In this document: in pieces, positions 48,401 to 64,000 of the stretch | Position numbering within the stretch: position 1 is the first letter of the stretch | Layout of the letters: each line of letters starts with the position of its first letter | Assembly: GCF_002571385.2 (NCBI RefSeq) | Contig: NW_019217874.1 | Coordinates: 106,909-170,908, forward strand | DNA length: 64,000 nucleotides | Source of the DNA: Stylophora pistillata | Lineage: Eukaryota | Direction: 5' to 3' | Made by a program: the position numbers and the translations under genes | The notes under the pieces: generated by a model | What the model was told of the DNA's origin: nothing | Seen by the model: only the letters and a program-made list of their open reading frames with translations | Database searches by the model: none

Positions 48401-51400
48401 CTATAATTAAATACAGTCTATTAAACCCACAAAACTGTGAAGTCCTGAAATAATTAAAGAATCTCAATGTGTTTTTTGGGAAAAGCTGATTAGGGCAGCT
48501 TGAGTAAAATAGACTAAAAACAGCAACCGTAATCATTACATCCCATTTGTTTGAAATTTTCTCACTTATTCTGAATCTCAGTTTGATTGGTCAGTATTCA
48601 TCAAACCTGTCAGTATTAAAACTGTTGGCAATTTCTTTCTTCGCTCCAACGAAGGGCTAACGCTCAAAACGTCAGTTTTTATAATCGTAACGGTGACCAA
48701 TTTACCATTTCAACTTTGTTGATATATTCAAATTATTTCCTTCTTGAAGGTTTGGTGTTATCCAATATTTTATCACAGATTTTTGTTGTAAAATGTTTTC
48801 ACAAATCTTTACTTATTTGAAAGTTTGGTTGCTAGTGAAAATTTTGATTTTAAAAAAGGCATCAAAATAGTGAGGGTTTAACGGGTGTTTTGATGTGGAG
48901 GCACCCTCAAAATAAGCTATTCAGCCACAGTGCAAAATTATGACAAAATTAATACCAATGAATGAAAAGTTAATGAAAGATAGAAAATGTTGTGAATAAC
49001 TCAGATTTGGATTTTTTTTCCCCTTCATATTTTAGCCAAAGGCTGCTCCTGCACCAGCTCCAAGCCAACCTGTATCAACACCTCAGGTAGGATTTTGTTC
49101 TCAGTTCTAGGAATTGCTTCTTTTCAAATTATTTTAGTGTCAAGAAGTACTTACCCCTTTCTTCAAGCTCAACTGTTCTTCGTGCTAGTTTGTAAACCTA
49201 AAATTATTCATGGAGACAAAATATTGTTTATAACCGAAAAAGGAGAAAAGGATAGTTTTTGTTAGGGGCTATAAGTGCTGACTCTATGGCTTGTCCTCAA
49301 AATAGTCAACATTTTTGCTGTCCAGTCGTTGTTCAACGTTGTACATGTACATCAAACATTGAAAGGCACACTACTGACACTTAAGGTGATGAAGGCGAAT
49401 ACAACAACTGATTTTTTCATATTATTGACTAATCTTTATGTACATTATGACATTGATAGCCCACAGCTGCAACAGTCACAGAAAGTACTGCAAGACCTGC
49501 AGATGAGTCTAAGCCTGAAAGGTGAGGGGAACTTTCTTTGGGTGAAATAGGTGCTTTACAGTTTATAGTTCTGGTATTTGATTGAATCATAGTATTTATT
49601 TTTATTGTACTACTTTGTAAGTTGTGTTTGTCAATATGCTTAGATTTGCCTGTTATCCAGTGACTAATTGTATTATGAGTAGGCTGAGTCAAACTTGATA
49701 CAACGCAGGCTAGCTGTTGCACCATTTTATCTTAAGGGGAGGAATTCCTTGGGTTCAACGGTGGCCATGATACACTTCAGTTGAACTGCTCCATACACAT
49801 CCAACCCTTTGTGAACATGTGATTAGTATGTTTCTTTCTGCTTTTAAAAACCCTGAACTAGATGGTCATGGTTACTCTTTGACTCAAATCTTTTGCTGTA
49901 TGGTGGTCACTCTCACCTTCCCAGTGCTTATCTGTTGTTGTTAATTGTTCTTTATTGTTGTGTTGTGCAAGGTGTTTTCTTCCTCTGACCCTTTTTTTTT
50001 ATAATGGAACTCTGACCAGCTCTGATGCTGATAAACCCAAAGCTACAGATGAACCAGAATCAACTACAAGTCCAGCTGTTTCTACTGCCACTCCATCTTC
50101 CAGCTCAGATCAAGTTTTGTCCACTGCTGAGTCAACATTAGGTATGCCAGTTAGAAAGAACACCCAATGTACAACTAAACTTTAAGGTGAAATTCCTTTG
50201 CACTTCAATTTTTTTTAGTGAAAAACTCAAATATCAGTTCTCAAATTTCACTTTGAAGGCTCCAGTCACGAATTTAGAGCACCGACACTAGTGATTTACT
50301 AGTTTGTTACTTTTCAAATCTTGATCAAAATTATAAGTACTTTCTAAAAACAGCCTGCCCTTAAAAAAGTTGAATAGTAGAATTTAAAATTTTTATTATT
50401 TACATCTTATTGCCATTTGTATTTTGATCTGTGACTTGTGAAATTTAAGGCCAATAGTTGAAATATAAACTTGAGTAGCTTGAGATGATTTCAGCACTGA
50501 CCACAGACCTGTTGAGGGGGTGAACCCATCAGAGTGACAAGCATCCAATTCCTCTTTACATTATCTCCCCTGAATTACACAGAAAGGCCACAAGAGTAAA
50601 GGAAATTATTAACAACTGTAGAAGTTCTTCACTGCTAAACAAATTCTCATTGTCAGCACCTTAGAAAATGCATAGAGAACAGTAGGGAGAATATAATTAT
50701 GCACTGATGCTAGGATTTAAAGGGTTGATTGGCTGAGAGAGGCCAGTGCTTCAATATGGTGCATTGTTATCGGAGTCTAGAGCACTATCCACTTAGCTAA
50801 CATGTCTTCCAGATTTCTTCACTGCTAATGTTTGCTTTGAACTTGCAGTTACAGGGCAGGAGTATGACAGAATGGTGGATGAAATCAGTGCAATGGGATT
50901 TGAAAGAGAAAAGGTGGGTCTTAAAATCATAAACTGAGTATGTCATTGTGAGTCTAGTTGCAGTGATAGGCTTGTTGGTATTACAAATGGGAATAGTTTC
51001 AAATCTTTTTTGTCAACACTGTGTGCATCCTTGGAGACCCAGGGGCTGTGAGTCGATTTCAAGTTAAGGGCAGAAGAGCCCCTGGGGACATTGTCTTACA
51101 AGACTAGTTCCAAACGGTCGCAGTCGTTCTGGCATCTGATTGGTGCCAGAAAATCTTTGTGTTTTTCTACCCAATCAGAGTGAAGTGTCCTTTGGAGTCT
51201 TTTCGTGTGTTTCAACATGCACATATACAACAAGCTCTGTTGCTCACTATGTTTGTTTGGGCCATGCAGCGAAGCTTTGCCCGAGGTGAAAAGTTTCAGT
51301 CTCAGCATACAATATAAGAGAAATCGATCAGTTTGTCGGCGAAATCTTACCGGAAATTATACCGAATACATTCGCAGGTATCACAAGAGAACATGTTTAA

Positions 51401-54400
51401 AAGTTTGTGAGGTTCGTATAAAACATAATGGTTGCAGGCATTGATATGTCGCTTTAAACGTTAGATGAGATGTAAGCCTGAATTGCTCAAGATTTTTTGT
51501 ATAATTTGCTGTAACTGAAACTTTTNNNNNNNNNNNNNNNNNNNNNNNNNNNNNNNNNNNNNNNNNNNNNNNNNNNNNNNNNNNNNNNNNNNNNNNNNNN
51601 NNNNNNNNNNNNNNNNNNNNNNNNNNNNNNNNNNNNNNNNNNCGAGCATTAGCCCTTCATCAGAGCTCCAATGAAGGGCTAACGCTCGAAACGTCAGCTT
51701 TTGTAATTGTTACGGTGGCCAATTTATCATTTCAACTTTGTTGATATATCCAAAGTATATATGTGTACTTTGCTATTAATTGAAGTCTTTGGCCCTTCAT
51801 TTATTTATTTATTTATTTTTGACTGACAGGTTAACAGAGCTCTCCGGGCAAGTTTTAACAACCCAGACAGAGCTGTGGAATACTTGATGAGTGTAAGTAT
51901 GTTCTTCTGGAGACATATCTTCATTTTAGGAAACCTGTAGCTAATTGATCTCACCAGCTCGAATTCAAGTTTTTCTTCAGTTCCTTTTGGTTTCTTTGAT
52001 GTGGTATCTAGATTTCATTACTTGTTAATGGACAGTAGTTCTTGAACTGTGACTTGAGTGTGTATTGTGAGGGTATGGAAGTCTTCAAATATAAGAAGCA
52101 AGTGACATGTCGCTTTCTTATTAGACTGGTACAAATATATAAATCTGACAATGATCACACTTCCTGCTACACGCAGGGAAGATAAAACACTTCAGGTCAT
52201 AGGTAATTGTTGAAACTGCAAAAATGCAAATGGTAACATAAATCTGTCTAGAATTACAGTTTGACAATTGAATTTACCTGAAAAATGAACTCTGACTGAC
52301 CTACCAGTCTCCACACAAACATTGGCTACCTGTGGGCCAGGGAAAAAATGTAAATATTTCTCAAAGAAAAGTAGAATAAAATATTGTTTTGTATCTGTCA
52401 AATTTATGCAAGTCATTCACCTCAGTGGTGTACCATGTGAACCAGATAGTTTGACTTTATCTTGAAAATCTTTTAAGCATTTACTCAACGATAAATTTGT
52501 TATTTTGTGACATGTGAAGGGTATACCAGAAATAACCCAGGCCCAAGAACAAGATGAACAACAAGAAGAGGGTGGAGGTGATGCACCAGCCTCTGGAGGT
52601 AAAGAATTATAATGGTGATGATAAAGATGATAATTATGATGAGTTTGATATCAATATTAATATTATTGATGAGGGAGCCATCTCATCAAAGAAGTTCTCA
52701 GTATGAATGCAGCTCATTTAATCAGTAGTACTTGTATGGGATAGAGTTACAAAATAACTGAGCATTCCAGATTATTAAGCAAATTCTCTGCCATGGATGT
52801 AGAGGGAATCACATGTACATTGTACTGATACATTTAAATGTGAGAGAAACGTGAGCCATATACTCTTTAACTGTGTGCTACATGTACAGCAGGTTGAATT
52901 GTGATAAGCATCTTGTATACTTAGAGGATTACATGCAGCTTTGGTAATGTCTCCCTGCTGTGTAAAAGAGAAAGAAAAATTAAAGAAAAATAGTCACCAA
53001 TTATGTTGAAAGTTGTGACATTTTTTTTTTTTACAAAAAAGTACCAGTATCTGGAACTTCCTGTGCTCATTCTGAATTTCATAGTTTGAGACAACAGGTT
53101 TAACAAAACCCACAGTTATGAACAATTTTTACTTCACATGGGACAAGCAAATCCACAACTCCTTGAGATCAGAATTTGTTGAACATCAATATATTTTCTA
53201 TACAAAAGGTAACCTGGAGTTTCTGCGCTCACACCCTGCATTCCTTAACTTGAGACAGCAAGTTCAACAGAACCCTCAATCATTAACACTTTTACTGCAG
53301 CAAATGGGACAAGCAAACCCACAACTCCTTCAGGTAAGTAGCTGTATTTAGGGTGGGGTCAAGACATGAACCCAACAGATAAATGCTGATTCTATGTGAG
53401 AAATTATAAACAGCCATAAGATGTACTTCTATTGTCTTTGTGGTCACAGCATTAAATTACAAGCTCTACAGTTATTAGCTTTCTTAGGTATATATACCAC
53501 ATAACTTGGTATTTTGTTATAAACAGTACTTTGTGAAAGATTAATTTTAAGGTTGTAGCAAAAGAGTCTGTAATATATCTTCCTATTGCAGCTCATAAGC
53601 CAAAATCAAGAGGAGTTCATAGGTATGTTAAACAGCCCTGATATTGGTCCAGCCCCTGTCGTGGGCTCACAGCCACTGCAGCCTGGCTCAGGAGGTGAAC
53701 AGGACTTGGGAGCACCACCAGCTGATGCAGGCTATGTTAGTGTTACACCACAGGAAAAAGAAGCCATCGAGAGGGTAAGTGTTGTATGATTGTTGTATCT
53801 CTCTATTCTTGCTTCTCTTGTGACCTGCACTTGTACAGCACATGTACGCCTTTTATTCCTCTCTATCCTCCTTAACCTTAGTTAGCCCATGACCTTTTTT
53901 GTACCTCCTTCTCTAGCTTCTCTTCTGCCGTAAAATAAAGTACATGTATTTCTGTTCTTCTCTGTCCTCCCAAACCTTAGTTATAACTGCTGTCCCTCTT
54001 TGTCCTCCTTATCTATCCTCTCTAACCTTGGTTGACCAATGATCTTTGTTCCTTGTTCTCATCGTTTTCCAGCTCCAGCTTCTGTCCTGGATGGATGGAT
54101 AGATCAAATATTGCCTGGGCATTGTATTTCAGTCCCTTTGTGATCCCAACCCATGTACTGCCACACCTTCAGTTCTGGCATTCCTCCTATCTTTTATTAA
54201 GCAACTATACCTCTCTACAAACTTTTAATTTATAGTTCTAATTTTGTATATCACCTTTTTTTTTTTGTTGCTCTCCCAGTTCTGACTCAACTTCCACCAT
54301 TCTCTCCCCAGTACCCCACTTCGTGTTCTTTTCCCTTTAACTCACAATTTACAATAGAACTGAGGTGTTCTTTTTCTGTTTTTACAGCTAAAACAACTTG

Positions 54401-54495
54401 GATTTCCAGAAGTTCTAGTTGTCCAAGCCTATTTTGCCTGTGAAAAGAATGAAACATTGGCTGCTAACTTTCTACTAAACCAAGCGGATGAATGA
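42438..54495 (+). CDS. RAD23: UV excision repair protein RAD23 (UBL-UBA1-XPC-binding-UBA2), 12 exons, 361 aa
   Basis: GT-AG exons with consistent phases: 42438-42503, 45620-45701, 48026-48105, 49036-49086, 49460-49521, 50020-50141, 50849-50913, 51830-51892, 52520-52598, 53209-53333, 53592-53774, 54388-54495 (1086 nt). Motifs: [59 protein letters not shown]...NPQLLQLI, EKEAIERLKQLGF...[18 protein letters not shown]. Confidence 0.96.
43295..43510. mobile_element. TTAA-flanked MITE-like repeat (related copies ~50521-50728 and ~61375-61520)
   Basis: Ends TTAACTCTTTA / TATAGGGTTAA. The body AAGGAAATGATCACCAACT...AAACAAATTCTC...GTCAGC recurs at ~50600. Confidence 0.6.
43614..44135. repeat. ~190-bp tandem repeat, ~2.8 copies (RAD23 intron 1)
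   Basis: ATAATTATGATACAA...GTTCTGTTAATGGTCATGCTTTGTAATGACATCTAGTTG recurs at ~43614, ~43806 and ~43995. Confidence 0.9.
44684..45579. mobile_element. Non-autonomous hAT-like DNA transposon
   Basis: TIRs GGCCCTCTGGCAGGGTG / CACCCTGTCAGAAGGCC. The identical 8-mer TGTCATAT flanks both sides (44676-44683, 45580-45587). Subterminal ATTGTGCGG repeats. Confidence 0.75.
46989..47842. mobile_element. Non-autonomous Tc1/pogo-type DNA transposon
   Basis: Imperfect TIRs CCGTATTCATCCGTGTATA...AAGTCGACC / GGTCGACTTGTACATGGGTAAATACAG followed by TA. Confidence 0.65.
48643..48735 (+). mobile_element. Penelope-like terminal fragment with mutated hammerhead core
   Basis: GCTCCAACGAAGGGCTAACGCTCAAAACGTCAG: CTGA is changed to CCAA and GAAA to AAAA. 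Confidence 0.6.
51643..51755. mobile_element. Inverted pair of Penelope-like termini with hammerhead motifs, next to an assembly gap
   Basis: Minus-strand GCTCTGATGAAGGGCTAATGCTCG runs into Ns and is joined to plus-strand GCTCCAATGAAGGGCTAACGCTCGAAACGTCAGC. Confidence 0.65.
53020..53167 (+). pseudogene. Degenerate tandem duplicate (pseudo-exon) of RAD23 exon 10
   Basis: CTGGAACTTCCTGTGCTCA...TTGAGACAACAGGTTTAACAAAACCCACA...ATGGGACAAGCAAATCCACAACTCCTTGAG aligns to exon 53209-53333. It contains stops, and its donor site is lost (GAG|AT vs CAG|GT). Confidence 0.85.
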
Positions 54496-55975
54496 ACGTA
54501 CCCAAGATGAGATTTTCTGCCAACTGTTTAATTACAAGATCTCTAATGTTCTGGATTTCCTAAATGAACATTCTATCAATATTTGAAGGTCATTTCTGTG
54601 CAGCTGGACCATCCTACTAGCATAGCTAATACTGTATATTATTATTATTAGTGATAGTAAAGCATGAATTCTGATGATGGTGTTATTATTATTATTTGCA
54701 GTTGTTCAACTTGTTAATTGTTATATTGTACCTAACCCTAGTAATAAGAATATATTAAGTGAGTTTATCTTAGTGATGTTCTTTCCAGATAATTGTTATT
54801 TCACCTCTGATATTGATACAATGTGTGGCCAATCATCCGATTTGTCTGAGTCTCTAGATTCATAGACGTGAGAGCGATAAACTATCGTGACTGATCCTAA
54901 AAAACGTCCTCCCGATTAGATAGGAGAATAATTTCACGAGTCACTTCGCTGTGGAACATTGTGGTGGAGTGTAAGATGCATCATAACATATGCATTTACG
55001 ATCTGAAGTGGACTCTTTATTCAGAGTTCGAACTCAGTAATATTTCGTTGCCCTTAGAATTAAAGCTTTCATGATGATGTGGCCTTTACAAAAAATTAAA
55101 GCTAATGGTAAGGAAACGAGTGAAGAGATCTTCAAGTGGACGCAATTAAAGAACGTTGACCGGTCACAATGAACGTTTTTAGTTTGGGTTAGTAGCAATC
55201 CTGGAAGAGGAGTATAAGGGCAAGGGTTCGATATGCTTTCCTTTCTTCGTGTTCCCAAGATGGGAACAAAAGTCTGCTCTTCCCCTTATAATTCAGCTTA
55301 ATAATAGATGCCTAATACATCTGTATTTGTGGTGCAGTACATTTAGTTATGCTTATCCAAAGATCGTATCACTACAGCTCTAATTGCTTGGATTAAAACG
55401 GTTCTTTAAGTTTTCCTGTCAGATGTTCTCTATCTTGCTTTTCTGGTTTATTATTATTATTATTATTGCTATTATTATAGTTATTGTTCGGCCTCGTCCN
55501 TTTTTTTTTAGAGAACTGCTTTTTGTGAAATATTTTTAAGGAAAAATCTATTATTATTATTAAGTTAATACCGAAGAGATTCAAAACTTTTCTCTCAGTT
55601 AGAGACTTTTTAAACTTGTTTTGTAATATTTATACCTTAATTATGATCATCATTATAATTATTATAAGAAGTGTGTATCCATGAGCTTTTTCTGGGATTT
55701 TTACTGGACATTTTGACGCATTTGTTTTCGATTTTTAAGCATTTCATCATAATCTTTGTAAATACTTTTAGTGATTATAGTGAATAAAGATAAAATTATC
55801 ATTAAAAAAAATTATCATTATCATTAGTATTATTATTATTATTATTATTATCACTACTTTTATTTCTTACATTTTGTTCCATGGATGAGAGTGACAAATG
55901 CTAAACGTAACATTTGAAGCTTTACATTTTTACGGAAGACCCAGTTAGAATCGGGGAGGAAAGACCTTCTATGTA

Positions 55976-56209
55976 CCTTAATTCCTCGAATAAGAGCCCG
56001 GGCACTTGTTTTAAATTTCGGCGGCTATAAGAAAGGGGTGTTTATCGAAGGGGGAGCCCCTATTGTTGTCAAAAAGGTAATAAAGTAGCAATGGAGTTGA
56101 AGAAAGTGTGAGAAGAAGTGGGCGTGCTTATTCGAGGGCGCTTGTTTGACACTATGGCCTAGGGAGTTGGCGCCTATTAGAGCGTGGGCGCTCATTCGAA
56201 GAAATACGG
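55976..56209. mobile_element. MITE, same family as 18048-18351
   Basis: TIRs CCTTAATTCCTCGAATAAGAGCCC / GGGCGCTCATTCGAAGAAATACGG. Confidence 0.65.
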
Positions 56210-57266
56210 CATAAGCGTTTTATCATATGACCACCGTGTGTCAAAAGTGTTGTTTCAACCTAAATAGGCCGTAATTTGGTTATACCAACTCAGTTGAAAT
56301 ATGTAAATTGGCCACCGTAACGAATAAAAAAGCGAAGGAAGGTCGAAGGAAGGAAGGGCACGCTCTAGTACTGGTCAACTACCTAAAAGATTCTACAGAA
56401 AAATCTTTTCCTTTTTTCTTCGTATCAGAAAGATAAGCGCAGTTCATCGCGACTCGTTTTCTCATTCGTTTTGTTTTAATTTGAACTCCACAATTTTAAT
56501 TCACGTTCTCTGAAAACACAAAAGAACTGTGTGGACCGGCCCCCGTCAACCCCTCCGGCCCTGCACGCGTCAACTTTCACTTTTGTTTTCTCTGGTAGTG
56601 CGCGATCGGAGCCGTATAGGTCATTTGATAGGTAAGCGGAGTTCTTCTCCCAGATTAAATTCTAGTTCATGGTTATCCCCAGCATCAAAGTTTTTGTAAG
56701 TCAGGTTAAATGCACGAGTGGAGAGAGAACACAGAGGGGAGAGAGAACACAGAGTGGAGTGAGAAACGTGTATGGTTCAGTAACGCAATACAGACCAACA
56801 CAATGAATCAGCGTAGGCTTAAAAGTCATCTGTCAGAATCTGGCGAGCTCAGGCGTCACGTGTTAAAGACCACTTGCTATTAGATGAAAAACACAAGTGG
56901 GAGGACAGTAGTTAAAACTTCCCTCTTTATTTCTTCTTTTTAACCAGTTAGTGATATCTTATGTTTCGCCCTTACCACCAGTGCCTTTTGATGTACGGTA
57001 ACTCGTTTTCGAGTTCCTCTACATTAGCACTGGCCAATTTTGTTACAGACGCTCTTGCAGTTTCCCATAAATGTTGAGTACTAATACATTTCTTATTTAA
57101 AATTACTTTTGTACAGTTACTTTCGTACAATTATTATCTTCATAGTAAATAAATATATAACTAATCAATAATGCATCATTTATAAACGTTTCTCTTTCGC
57201 ACGCGGCGTTTCATCCAATACTGTGTTAAAACGGTCGAAAGTGTCCTATGGTCTCTTAAAGAAGCG

Positions 57267-63684
<6,418 letters not shown>

Positions 63685-64000
63685 CTGCAAGAAAAAAGAT
63701 ATCAAAACAAAAGGAGGAATAAATGTTTAACTATTATTCAGCCTAATGTTGTCAGGCTGATTGGCTGAAATAATAAGGCAAAGAAAAGAAAAAAAGAAAC
63801 ATTTGAAAATATTGAAGGAGGTGCTAACAACCAGAGCATCGTGTCATTTAAAGGAATAGAGACAGTAGTTTAACGCTAATCATGGGAATGAGGCATCCTC
63901 TGCAAAATGCTCATGGGAAAATCATCAATCTGTGGGAAAACTTTTCTACTCCGTCGTAGGCAGGTAAACTTCTTGGATGATAATAAACTAAATTTTGATA

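Overview
Eukaryotic (animal) genomic DNA, AT-rich, with spliceosomal introns and assembly gaps. The repeat families and gene sequences look like a stony coral or other anthozoan (inference). Protein-coding content: five intronless Tctex-1 (dynein light chain, DYNLT/TCTEX1D) domain loci over ~39 kb (four intact on the minus strand at ~2 kb, 21 kb, 39 kb and 41 kb, one multiply disrupted pseudogene on the plus strand at ~29 kb); a single-exon nanos gene (11777-12448); a single-exon ankyrin-repeat gene (ANKRD34/63-like, 31758-33497); a complete 12-exon RAD23 (42438-54495); and the 3' seven exons of a Polo-like kinase (PLK2/3-like, minus strand, running off the window end). Intergenic and intronic DNA holds a Crypton-like fragment, CR1/L2-type LINE fragments, tRNA-derived SINEs, many MITEs, satellites and Penelope-like termini carrying minimal type I hammerhead ribozyme motifs. 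Most interesting: the Tctex-1 cluster with RFX X-box-like promoter motifs around nanos, its linkage to a PLK2/3-like gene (recalling human PLK3-TCTEX1D4), a perfect 22-bp inverted repeat plus uORF covering the start codon of the first Tctex-1 gene, the hammerhead copies, and a dead tandem duplicate of the RAD23 XPC-binding exon.
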